Origin: Alkanindiges illinoisensis DSM 15370
Lineage (GTDB): Bacteria; Pseudomonadota; Gammaproteobacteria; Pseudomonadales; Moraxellaceae
DNA: 32,000 nt
Assembly: GCF_000619845.1 (NCBI RefSeq)
Contig: NZ_JHUX01000003.1
Location: 760,064-792,063, forward strand
Direction of reading: 5' to 3'
Shown: positions 9,819 to 18,176 of the stretch, one piece after another
Position numbering within the stretch: the stretch's first letter is position 1
Layout of the letters: each line of letters begins with the position of its first letter
Position numbers and translations under genes: made by a program
The notes under the pieces: model-generated
Databases searched by the model: none
What the model saw: the letters and a program-made list of their open reading frames with translations, nothing else
Told to the model about the DNA's origin: nothing

Positions 9819-9857
9819 AGCTGGGCTATTATAAAATAGTAGTTATAAAGACAGTAT

Positions 9858-9888
9858 TAACAGGCTAATTAAATGCCTGTTACTTTTT
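9858..9888 (+). terminator. Rho-independent terminator after yeaC
   Basis: The stem taacaggc/gcctgtta has a 9-nt loop and is followed by cttttt. Confidence 0.7.
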
Positions 9889-9955
9889 AGAAAGTTTATT
9901 CGATTTATTGATGTTCAGTCCTATTCACTTATTTTTTTGATCACTATCCCAAACA

Positions 9956-10432
9956 ATGAAAACTTACTTGCACTCAATATTAAAGGGCAGCCTGATTAGC
10001 ATTTTCATGCTCACTGTACCAACTGGTTATGCACAAGAAATTAATTCTCAAGAACTTATGCTTGAACATAATAGTCAGGAAGGTGAGAATGATCTTGCCT
10101 ATGATTTTTTTACCGGCACCTTACAACTCATTGCGCCTGTACAGGCAAATCCTGATCAAGGAGGTAAGCAACCTGTGCCGCAATTGCAACTTAACCGTTG
10201 TGATTTGGGGCAAAATCAGTATGTGCTGATAGAAAGTCAGGATCATACCGTGCAGCAGTTTAGCCAACACTATAATAAACAGCTTCAGGCTGCCGAAACT
10301 GAAAGTCATAAAATTCAGGCCACCGTTATTGGTGCTTATGAGGAAAAGGACGGTAAAAACTATTTACGGGTAAAAAGTATTGAGGATGTAAAAACGGATA
10401 CAAGCTGTCATTTAATGGACATGTTTCCCTAA
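9956..10432 (+). CDS. Hypothetical secreted/periplasmic protein
   Basis: The N-terminal signal peptide (LISIFMLTVPTGYA/QE) is followed by a Gln-rich mature part. I recognise no family. Confidence 0.6.
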   Translation: MKTYLHSILKGSLISIFMLTVPTGYAQEINSQELMLEHNSQEGENDLAYDFFTGTLQLIAPVQANPDQGGKQPVPQLQLNRCDLGQNQYVLIESQDHTVQQFSQHYNKQLQAAETESHKIQATVIGAYEEKDGKNYLRVKSIEDVKTDTSCHLMDMFP

Positions 10433-10535
10433 AGGGCCTACCGGAACATTATCATGCTGCAAAAAGCCAGTTGAAATTCAGGTCAGCGACCCCTATGTTA
10501 TTAAAGTTATTTTTCTAAAAATTCAGAGAACATTT

Positions 10536-11501
10536 ATGCTATTTCATATTCCCAAATTGCCATCGGAAATGCAGATTACCCATTTAAATGGCAAACTGGA
10601 AGATCAGCAGCTCAAACTGGCAGAATCCCTGATGGGCTGGAGCGAGCAGCGTGAGCTGAAAAAGCGTATTGAGCGTGACCAGAAACAGCGTAAAAAAGAC
10701 AATCAGCGTATTTTTGTGCTGGACTTTAAAGGTGATATTCAGGCCAGTAGTGTTGAGCATTTGCGTGAAGAAATCACTATGATTTTATCTACTGCCAAGG
10801 CAGGCCGTGACCGGGTTATTTTGCGTCTTGAAAGTCCAGGTGGATTGGTACATGGCTATGGTCTGGCAGCAGCACAACTGGCGCGCCTGCGGGATGCCGG
10901 ATTTAACCTGACCATTTGTGTGGACAAGGTTGCAGCCAGCGGCGGCTATATGATGGCCTGTCTAGCGCATGAAATTATTGCAGCGCCATTTGCTGTGGTG
11001 GGTTCTATTGGTGTGGTTGCCCAGATGCCCAACTTTCACAAGCTATTGAAGCAGCACAACATTGATTTTGATGTGTATACTGCGGGCGAATACAAACGCA
11101 CAGTGACTGTATTTGGTGAAAATACCGATGAAGACCGTGCCAAGTTTGAATCCGAATTGCAACAAACTCATGCGCTGTTTAAGCACTTTGTTGAAAAATA
11201 TCGTCCCAAGCTCAACGTGTCTGAAGTTGCCACAGGTGAACACTGGTATGGTGAAGATGCTTTAAAGCTGAATCTGGTGGATAAACTGGAAACCTCGGAT
11301 GCTTATTTGCTGTCCTTATTGCCCAAGCATGATGTATATGTTCTGCATTCACGCAAGAAGCCAACACTCGGCGAAAAGCTTGGCTTGCAGGCTGCCCAGT
11401 TAAGCAGTGAGCTTGCGCCAGTGTTAACCAATGTATTGCGTGAAAGCCTGATGAAACTGAGCAGCAAGGTTGTCATGCTAAAAGATAGCCGTCTAGGCTA
11501 A
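10536..11501 (+). CDS. sohB: SohB-type S49 family serine peptidase (signal peptide peptidase A-like)
   Basis: The translation aligns with E. coli SohB from about residue 40 onward (VLDFKGDIQASSVEHLREEIT, LESPGGLVHGYGLAA, DKVAASGGYMMAC, VGSIGVVAQMPNF, ATGEHWYG). The N-terminal TM anchor of E. coli SohB is not encoded (see findings). Confidence 0.85.
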   Translation: MLFHIPKLPSEMQITHLNGKLEDQQLKLAESLMGWSEQRELKKRIERDQKQRKKDNQRIFVLDFKGDIQASSVEHLREEITMILSTAKAGRDRVILRLESPGGLVHGYGLAAAQLARLRDAGFNLTICVDKVAASGGYMMACLAHEIIAAPFAVVGSIGVVAQMPNFHKLLKQHNIDFDVYTAGEYKRTVTVFGENTDEDRAKFESELQQTHALFKHFVEKYRPKLNVSEVATGEHWYGEDALKLNLVDKLETSDAYLLSLLPKHDVYVLHSRKKPTLGEKLGLQAAQLSSELAPVLTNVLRESLMKLSSKVVMLKDSRLG

Positions 11502-11528
11502 AGCGCAGGATAATTAGGCTGTAGCCAT

Positions 11529-11560
11529 AAAAAACGTCTGATTGAATCAGGCGTTTTTTT
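11529..11560. terminator. Bidirectional rho-independent terminator between convergent genes
   Basis: aaaaaacgtctgattgaatcaggcgttttttt: the stem is flanked by an A-run on one side and a T-run on the other. Confidence 0.75.
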
Positions 11561-11568
11561 ATGGGTGA

Positions 11569-12105
11569 TTAAAAACCCGATGTTAGCGGTATACCGGAGT
11601 CAATTAGCGCCAATACAGGCTGTAAGGAATGTTCGATATTACCCTGTTGCTCCAGCTGGGCAAAACGCTGTATTGCCAGTTCATGCTCAACCACATAGGT
11701 AAAAAATGCCAAATCTTCTGGACTGCTGTGTTGTTGTAGGCGTTTAAAAGCCTGCAAGAATTGTTTAGTACCATCTTCAAGCAGTTGCATCGCCATATTC
11801 CAGGGTAATAGGGCAAGCGCTGCGCCGGAAGCAGAAGCTTGCAGTTTGGCGATTGCGTCTGCTTTGGCATGTTGTTGGCTTTGTTTTAAATAATCCAAAA
11901 AATAGTCTTTGGTCTGGGTTTCCAGTGCAGCCAGCACTTGCCACTTTTTACGCTGTTTTGGATTGCTACTCAACCGTGCTGCAACCTTAAATAATTGCTC
12001 GCCTAGAATTTCAGAGGTTAAAAGCTTATTTAAATCTTTTTGCCGGGCTTTTTTAGAGTAACTCTTAGTATTGGTCATATCTGTAGCCTGATTAATTTTC
12101 AGCAT
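11569..12105 (-). CDS. Hypothetical all-helical protein (possibly ferritin-like/four-helix bundle)
   Basis: The ORF is 178 aa, with an alternative ATG at 12078 (MTNTK). Glu-containing helices (SEILGEQLF ... YVVEHELAIQRF) are weakly reminiscent of diiron-carboxylate folds. There is no confident family call. Confidence 0.55.
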   Translation of the reverse strand: MLKINQATDMTNTKSYSKKARQKDLNKLLTSEILGEQLFKVAARLSSNPKQRKKWQVLAALETQTKDYFLDYLKQSQQHAKADAIAKLQASASGAALALLPWNMAMQLLEDGTKQFLQAFKRLQQHSSPEDLAFFTYVVEHELAIQRFAQLEQQGNIEHSLQPVLALIDSGIPLTSGF

Positions 12106-12121
12106 AAGTAGCCAATAGCCT

Positions 12122-12157
12122 AGCAGACAATTAGAGCAATTACTCTAATTGTCTGCT
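12122..12157. repeat. Perfect 15-bp inverted repeat with a 6-nt spacer (AGCAGACAATTAGAG-caatta-CTCTAATTGTCTGCT)
   Basis: Read directly from the sequence. It lies between the DJ-1 gene stop and the start of the 11569..12105 gene, and neither strand has a U-tract after it. Confidence 0.8.
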
Positions 12158-12216
12158 GAAAAATGAAGCTCAAAATAGTAGAGCCACTAAATGCATTAAT
12201 AAATAAATACGATAAA

Positions 12217-12930
12217 TTAGCTAGCTAATCGGCTAAGCACTGCCTGACCTACCGCATGCGCACTTTTAGGGTTTTGGCCAGTAATCAGTAAACCGTCTTC
12301 TACCACGTTTTCAGTAAAGGGAATCAGCGCTTTTTCATAATGGGCACCGCGCTGGGTCAGCTCATCTTGCAGGCTAAATGGCACAGCATGGTCCCGTTTG
12401 GCCAACTGTTCTTCCTTCCAGGAAAATCCGGTAAGTTTTTTACCTTGAACCAAATAATTTCCGGTGGAGAGTTTTACATTCAGCAAGCCACACGGCCCGT
12501 GGCAAACCGCAGAAACGATTTTATTATTTTCATAAAACTCGGCAATCAGGCGGGCAAGGGCTGCATTGTTGGCAAAGTCAAACATCACGCCATGACCGCC
12601 CGTTAGATAGATGGCATCATATTGATTGACATCAACATCAGCCACACTTTGCGTGTTTTTAAGCTGGTCCATAAAAGCCCGGTCTTCATAGCGCTTATTG
12701 ACGGCATCTTTCAAGCCTGTCATTTGAATGAGTTCGGGCATCAGCAGGCTTTCCGGGTCGATGGGCACATAGCCGCCTGCTGGACTGGCAATATCCATGG
12801 TTAAACCAGCTTTTTCCAGCACATCCCAAAAATGCGTAAGCTCACTAAGCCACAATCCAGTACGGTAACCCACTTTTTCAAATTCTTCAGTGTTAGTTAC
12901 CACAATCAGGACTTTTTTGCTTTGGGTCAT
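12217..12930 (-). CDS. DJ-1/PfpI-family (class I glutamine amidotransferase-like) protein
   Basis: The start is MTQSKKVLIVVTN (ATG at 12930). The translation shows the nucleophile-elbow motif SAVCHGPCGL and LTGGHG. The ORF-track start at 12963 is rejected. Confidence 0.8.
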   Translation of the reverse strand: MTQSKKVLIVVTNTEEFEKVGYRTGLWLSELTHFWDVLEKAGLTMDIASPAGGYVPIDPESLLMPELIQMTGLKDAVNKRYEDRAFMDQLKNTQSVADVDVNQYDAIYLTGGHGVMFDFANNAALARLIAEFYENNKIVSAVCHGPCGLLNVKLSTGNYLVQGKKLTGFSWKEEQLAKRDHAVPFSLQDELTQRGAHYEKALIPFTENVVEDGLLITGQNPKSAHAVGQAVLSRLAS

Positions 12931-13089
12931 GCTGGCAATCTCTTTAAAAGGGCATGCCAGCACTGTAGAGGCTTAAAAGTCTAATAAATTGATAGTTAAC
13001 CAATTTTAACAGCAATTCAAACAAAGCACTGTGCTTGTGTACCTAACACAACACTAAAAAATGAAGAGGTTAGCTTATTTATCAATAGG

Positions 13090-14106
13090 TTATTTTTCAT
13101 GACGTTGTTGCCATAGTTGCTGGGCAAGATTCAATGCGCCTTCAATCGAATCTGCCTTTTGCAGGCTATATAGTGCTAATGCTAGCGTGCCGGTAATCGC
13201 CTGATAACCGTAGGCATGTTCAGCCGTGCCTTGCCACACCGCAATAAAATGGTCAAGGTCGAAAGCTTCCTCGGCATCAGAGCGGGCAGCATTTAGCATT
13301 GGCCATTCCAGCTCATAACCCGTGCCATTTTGAATACCGACCACTAGCGTGCGCGCGTCCGGATTGCGCTCAAACTCACCACCTTCACCTTTAATCACGG
13401 CGGTGTTCTGGTAACCCAGTCGCAGGGCTGCCTGCTGGTGCGACGCACGATAAGCCGGATGAAAAATGGCTTGCAGGGTAACAGGCGCATTTAAGGGATT
13501 AATCAGGCGAGCAAGTGTATGAACAGGTGAACGCAGGCCCATCAGGTTGCGCATTTCAATAATATCGCCCAGTTTTGGTGAAAATGCAGCCAGCGGCATG
13601 TAGGCAAAATTATATTTTAACAGTGCCTGTTCTACCTGCTGGCTATTGTGGCAAATCTCGTGGCCCAGTTTTGGCAGCACATCTTCAGTGTATAGACGGT
13701 TAATGGTGTGTCCTGCTGCACCGTGCATAAAAATACGGTAACCATGTTTGGCCAGTGTCAGGGCAGCCAGCAAAAACCACGGATAATGCTTGCGCTTGCC
13801 CGCATAGCTTGACCAATCCAGATCTATTTGCAGAGGCGGAAGTTGAATCCGGTCTTTAGTGGCCTGTACAAAACCAGCCAGTTCATCTACCGACTCTTCC
13901 TTAACCCGCAGCAGCATTAAGAATGCACCAAGCTGCACATCTTCTACTTCATCATCCAGAATCATGCCAAAAGCGTGCAGGGCTTCGTCATAGGTAAGCG
14001 AGCGGCTACCGCGTTTGCCCTTACCCAAAATACGCACATACTGGGCAAATGGATGTTCATTATCCTTATAGATATTGGCTTGGGGCCGGGGGCGGGAAGT
14101 TGTCAT
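13090..14106 (-). CDS. ybiB: YbiB/TrpD2-like protein (glycosyl transferase family 3, anthranilate phosphoribosyltransferase paralog)
   Basis: The N-terminus (ILGKGKRGSRSLTYDEALHAFGMILDDEVEDVQLGAFLMLLRVKEES) and the overall length align by eye with E. coli YbiB. Confidence 0.7.
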   Translation of the reverse strand: MTTSRPRPQANIYKDNEHPFAQYVRILGKGKRGSRSLTYDEALHAFGMILDDEVEDVQLGAFLMLLRVKEESVDELAGFVQATKDRIQLPPLQIDLDWSSYAGKRKHYPWFLLAALTLAKHGYRIFMHGAAGHTINRLYTEDVLPKLGHEICHNSQQVEQALLKYNFAYMPLAAFSPKLGDIIEMRNLMGLRSPVHTLARLINPLNAPVTLQAIFHPAYRASHQQAALRLGYQNTAVIKGEGGEFERNPDARTLVVGIQNGTGYELEWPMLNAARSDAEEAFDLDHFIAVWQGTAEHAYGYQAITGTLALALYSLQKADSIEGALNLAQQLWQQRHEK

Positions 14107-14207
14107 GATTTAATGTCTTATAAGCTGAAGTGATACTGGCCAGAAGAATAGCAAAATGCGCGCCACAATGGCTTGGTGGTATTGCACCAAAGTGTTCAAT
14201 TGTTTTG

Positions 14208-14227
14208 GTATTAATCAGTATTAATAC
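14208..14227. promoter_or_regulatory. Tandem GTATTAAT-ca-GTATTAATAC motif (the second copy is a perfect palindrome) overlapping the -35 region of a TATAAT (14244..14249) promoter for the acyl-CoA dehydrogenase gene
   Basis: Read directly from the sequence. The regulator's identity is unknown and its role as an operator is inferred. Confidence 0.4.
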
Positions 14228-14298
14228 TGCAAAAACGGTCACGTATAATGGCATAATTACTGCCGTTGTTTTTAGATCAATTTTTAAAGGAATTTTTT

Positions 14299-15441
14299 AT
14301 GTTGGCACATGATGCTGATTTAGAATTGTTTCGCGACAATTTCCGCCGCTTTCTGGCTGAAAACATCAAGCCTCATTATGAGCAATGGGAAAAAGAAGGC
14401 ATCATGCCACGTTCCGTCTGGAATCAGTTGGGTGAAAATGGTTTCCTGTGTGTTGACATGCCAGAAGAATACGGTGGTTATGGTGTACCAACCAATTATT
14501 CCCTGATGTTGGTTGAAGAAGCGGCGCGTGCCGGTTATGGCTCACTGTCTACCGCCATTTCCGTACACTCTGAAATTGCTGCACCCTACATTTTGCACAT
14601 TGCCAACGAAGAGCAAAAACAACAGTGGATTCCAAAAATGGTTTCCGGTGAAGTGGTTGGCGCGATTGGCATGACCGAGCCGGGGGCTGGTTCTGACCTG
14701 CAATCGTTGCGCAGTAGTGCCATTTTGCAAGGCGATCATTATGTGCTTAATGGTTCCAAAACCTTTATTTCTAACGGTCAACATGCTGACTTGGTTATTA
14801 TTGCGGCTAAAACTGATCCGGCTGCGCGTGCCAAGGGTGTATCCCTGTTGCTGGTAGATACGCATCTAGAAGGCTTCAAGAAAGGCACCAACCTTGACAA
14901 GATTGGTCTGCACTCACAGGACACCTCTGAGTTGTTCTATGACAACGTAAAAGTACCTGCAAATCAGTTGCTGGGTAATGCCGGTCAGGGCTTTGCCTAT
15001 ATGATGCAGGAATTGCCACGTGAGCGTCTGGGTATTGCGGTTACTGCGCTGGGTGCAATTCTGGGTGCGATTGACGTGACGCTGCAATATGTAAACGAGC
15101 GTCAGGCGTTTGGTCAGCCGATTGCCAAATTCCAGAACACCCGCTTTGTATTGGCGCAGGCCAAGATCGAAGCACAGGCAACTCAGGCATTTGTGAACCA
15201 GTGTATTGAACAATACATGGCAGGTCAGCTTGATGTACCTACGGCTGCGGCTGCAAAAGCGTATACCACTGACATGCAGTGCAAAGTTGCCGATAACCTG
15301 CTGCAATTGTTTGGTGGCTATGGATATATGACTGAATATCCAATTTCACGTTTCTATGTAGATGCGCGTATTCAGCGCATTTACGGCGGCACCAACGAGA
15401 TCATGAAAGAAATCGTTGCCCGTGAAATTCTGGGCCGTTAA
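14299..15441 (+). CDS. Acyl-CoA dehydrogenase
   Basis: ACAD motifs are present (GMTEPGAGSDL, QAFGQPIAKFQ, GGYGYMTEYPISRFYVDARIQRIYGGTNEIMKE). The ATG at 14299 is preceded by aaagga. The TTG at 14266 is rejected. Confidence 0.9.
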   Translation: MLAHDADLELFRDNFRRFLAENIKPHYEQWEKEGIMPRSVWNQLGENGFLCVDMPEEYGGYGVPTNYSLMLVEEAARAGYGSLSTAISVHSEIAAPYILHIANEEQKQQWIPKMVSGEVVGAIGMTEPGAGSDLQSLRSSAILQGDHYVLNGSKTFISNGQHADLVIIAAKTDPAARAKGVSLLLVDTHLEGFKKGTNLDKIGLHSQDTSELFYDNVKVPANQLLGNAGQGFAYMMQELPRERLGIAVTALGAILGAIDVTLQYVNERQAFGQPIAKFQNTRFVLAQAKIEAQATQAFVNQCIEQYMAGQLDVPTAAAAKAYTTDMQCKVADNLLQLFGGYGYMTEYPISRFYVDARIQRIYGGTNEIMKEIVAREILGR

Positions 15442-15461
15442 TTAGTCTACTAATCTGCATG

Positions 15462-15499
15462 GCGTTAAACTGGGCAAAGGTCTGGTTTAACGCTTTTAT
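15462..15499 (+). terminator. Rho-independent terminator after the acyl-CoA dehydrogenase gene
   Basis: The stem gcgttaaac/gtttaacgc has a 14-nt loop and is followed by ttttatt. Confidence 0.65.
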
Positions 15500-15545
15500 T
15501 ATTTAAAAGTTATTGAAGAAGTATAAATTTTAGAATGGAGAAAAA

Positions 15546-15869
15546 TTGCACATGAATTTGCTTGATCCTTGGTGGTCAGTTGAAAAAGAAGATGCAGATT
15601 ATCATAAAACTTTTATTCAAGAGCTGCAGATTGAAATTCCATCTGGCCATAAAATTTTTGAGTTACCCGTAAAAATGCTAGCTAGAGGTAGCGGAGATGA
15701 TACACTTTTTGAGATTGATGACGGTTCAAAACGCGTTGCTGTAGTGCATTTAACCTGGGCAAAACAAGTCGAGCACTTACCATATCCTCTTACTACAATA
15801 TATGAAAATTTAGATGAATTTTTTCAAAGCTGTATACTTCCACAGCATGAGCTGTGGAAGTACGAATGA
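15546..15869 (+). CDS. Small acidic hypothetical protein in the A+T-rich islet
   Basis: GGAG (15537..15540) lies 5 nt before the TTG at 15546, with an alternative ATG at 15552. The ORF is 105-107 aa and I recognise no family. Confidence 0.55.
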   Translation: MHMNLLDPWWSVEKEDADYHKTFIQELQIEIPSGHKIFELPVKMLARGSGDDTLFEIDDGSKRVAVVHLTWAKQVEHLPYPLTTIYENLDEFFQSCILPQHELWKYE

Positions 15870-15930
15870 TACAACCTATACACAGCAATTAAATTATATG
15901 AAATGACTTAAGAGTAGTTGAGGTAGAACT

Positions 15931-16281
15931 TTGATTAAATTGCCAATATTTGATACAGGCCAGTATAATGGCTGTGAGCTTTTAATGAAAAATGGGGAAG
16001 CTAAACTGATCATTAAATTTTTGGAATTAGCTGATTTTAGTATTACTTTTAGCAAAGTTAGATGGCACCAGTTTACTGCCTTACCAAATTGTACGACTGT
16101 ACAAATAAATAGTTCTTATTTTAGACTCACTAACTTTGAAAACTCTCCAGAACTGAAAATTTTTTTAGCTAGCGATAAATCTCCACTGAAAGCTTATAAA
16201 GAGCTTCATCATTACTGTATTTTTCTTGATGAAACAGGATGTCATGAGTTCTTCGCAGAATCCGCATGTATAGCTGTTTGA
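15931..16281 (+). CDS. Small hypothetical protein in the A+T-rich islet, with a C-terminal HHYC-x7-CH motif
   Basis: GAGGT (15920..15924) lies 6 nt before the TTG at 15931. The ORF is 116 aa and I recognise no family. Confidence 0.5.
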   Translation: MIKLPIFDTGQYNGCELLMKNGEAKLIIKFLELADFSITFSKVRWHQFTALPNCTTVQINSSYFRLTNFENSPELKIFLASDKSPLKAYKELHHYCIFLDETGCHEFFAESACIAV

Positions 16282-16392
16282 AGTATAGATACCAGCTTGA
16301 CTTGCAGCTAAAAACGTTTAAAAAAATAAGATTAAATTTTAAACAATTAAGTCAAGCGTACTTATAGTAAGTGTCACTAGGTTCTAAGATTA

Positions 16393-16761
16393 CTAAAACT
16401 TAAACCGCGATACACAGGTTGATAATGTGTTATTTACCGTATTGGTAATCAGTGTAGCGCGTGCATTCGGATCAATCGCTGCCTGAGCCAGTTCAACCAT
16501 CGTTACATTTTTGGAAGCCTCGGTACTCACACAGCCGCAAATCTGATTTTCAACATCCTGTTTTTTCTCAGTGGTTAATACGCTGGTCAGGACTTTATAT
16601 TCAGTACGGTTATTGAGCTGGGTGCGGCAGGTTTGATCAACTGCAGACTGAAACACGGCCATGCCAATATTATTGGCCGTGGTCGCAGTCGGGTTCATGG
16701 TGCCATCAGTGGCGCAAGCAGTCATAAACACAACGGGAAGCAGGCAAATTAGCTTTTTCAT
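16393..16761 (-). CDS. Hypothetical lipoprotein
   Basis: The signal peptide has a lipobox (LLPVVFMTA-C). The mature protein has four further Cys residues. Confidence 0.65.
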   Translation of the reverse strand: MKKLICLLPVVFMTACATDGTMNPTATTANNIGMAVFQSAVDQTCRTQLNNRTEYKVLTSVLTTEKKQDVENQICGCVSTEASKNVTMVELAQAAIDPNARATLITNTVNNTLSTCVSRFKF

Positions 16762-16817
16762 GGATTCATTCCGTATCAGAAATATTAAATAGCAAAAATT
16801 TTAATTCAAATAAACCA

Positions 16818-17594
16818 TCAAACGCGGAAGTCTTCACCCAGATAAACGCGTTTTACTGTTTCATTGGCGAGAATTTCCTGCGGCGTACCTTCGGCAATCA
16901 CTGCCCCTTCACTGACGATATAAGCCTTTTCGCAAATTGCCAGTGTTTCGCGCACATTATGATCGGTAATGAGTACACCAATACCACGCGCTTTTAAACG
17001 TTCAATAATGTGCTTAATATCACCCACAGAAATCGGGTCTACACCGGCAAAAGGTTCATCCAGTAACATAAATTTAGGCTCAGCAGCGAGCGCACGCGCA
17101 ATTTCAGCACGGCGGCGTTCACCACCAGAGACGCTCATACCCAATGAATTACGAATATGCTGGATATTAAATTCATCCAGTAATTCTTCAAGGCGTGCTT
17201 GCCGCTGCGTTTTATTCAGATCACTGCGGGTTTCCAGAATGGCCATAATATTTTGCGCAATAGTGAGCTTGCGAAAAATCGACGCTTCCTGAGGCAAATA
17301 ACCAATACCACGGCGCGCGCGCTGATGCATGGCCAGTTCTGACAAATCCTGTTTGTCCAGAAAAATTGCACCCTTGTCCATTTTTACCAGCCCAACCAGC
17401 ATATAGAAACTGGTGGTTTTGCCCGCGCCATTTGGCCCCAAAAGGCCTACAATCTGGCCACTTTGCAGGCTAAAGGAAACATCCTTAACCACCAGACGCT
17501 TATTGTAACTTTTTGCCAAATGTTTAATGGTCAGCGTTTGAATGGCAGCATCAACAGGTGCGCCGGAAGGAGATAAAGCAGCAGTTACAGCCAT
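16818..17594 (-). CDS. lptB: LPS export ABC transporter ATP-binding protein
   Basis: The translation is near-collinear with E. coli LptB ([74 protein letters not shown]). Confidence 0.95.
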   Translation of the reverse strand: MAVTAALSPSGAPVDAAIQTLTIKHLAKSYNKRLVVKDVSFSLQSGQIVGLLGPNGAGKTTSFYMLVGLVKMDKGAIFLDKQDLSELAMHQRARRGIGYLPQEASIFRKLTIAQNIMAILETRSDLNKTQRQARLEELLDEFNIQHIRNSLGMSVSGGERRRAEIARALAAEPKFMLLDEPFAGVDPISVGDIKHIIERLKARGIGVLITDHNVRETLAICEKAYIVSEGAVIAEGTPQEILANETVKRVYLGEDFRV

Positions 17595-17611
17595 TTAAAA
17601 GTCATCCTTCC

Positions 17612-18136
17612 TTAATTACTTTTTACTTTGCTTTGATTCTGGGTGGCAGAAGGGGGAATGATGATTTGTATGCGCCCCTGACTACCACCAGAGGCTTCAA
17701 TATCGCCACCACTAATGCTGTAACGTAGCGTGTTGCCCCGGAAGCTGGCACCATCCTGGAATAAGTAAGCCTTGCCAGTCATGGTAATAATGCCCGTTTC
17801 GGAATTATAAACAATGGTCTGACCTTCACCACGGGCAATGCCTTTTTCAGCACTAATCTGCTGCTGAAACTTGGCAGGACGGCCTTTGGCAGTTACTTGC
17901 TGAATCTGTCTGTTTTTATTTAGGGTAGCGACCAGAGAGTCGGCCTGAATCTTGATTGTCCCCTGCTGAATAATGACATTACCGGTATAGGTAGTAATGC
18001 CAGTTTTTTCATTGTAGGTGGCACGGTCAGCTTCAAGGGTAATGGTCTGGCTGCTATCACTGGGTAGGGCAAGTACTGGAGTTGCCGTCCATAGGGCAGC
18101 ACTCGCTACGAGAAGTGCCAGACCACTGTGCTGCAT
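17612..18136 (-). CDS. lptA: LPS transport periplasmic protein LptA (OstA-like)
   Basis: The start at MQHSGLALLVASAALWTATPVLA/LPSD gives a clean signal peptide. The protein has an OstA N-terminal-type beta-jellyroll sequence, and the gene sits between lptC and lptB. Longer starts at 18199 and 18250 would overlap lptC. Confidence 0.85.
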   Translation of the reverse strand: MQHSGLALLVASAALWTATPVLALPSDSSQTITLEADRATYNEKTGITTYTGNVIIQQGTIKIQADSLVATLNKNRQIQQVTAKGRPAKFQQQISAEKGIARGEGQTIVYNSETGIITMTGKAYLFQDGASFRGNTLRYSISGGDIEASGGSQGRIQIIIPPSATQNQSKVKSN

Positions 18137-18176
18137 GGCTTTAATAAACGGGACAGTGGTAGTGGCTAAACGGAAT

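Noticed and set aside
14542-15306. Minus-strand ORFs 14542..14865 and 14914..15306 inside the acyl-CoA dehydrogenase gene.
   Set aside because: They are antisense shadows of a confidently assigned ACAD.
16295-16357. A 9-bp inverted repeat (gcttgactt / aagtcaagc) considered as a terminator or as terminal inverted repeats of an element.
   Set aside because: It has a 45-nt A+T-rich loop and no U-tract on either strand. It is a single copy and does not bracket the islet, so the evidence is insufficient.
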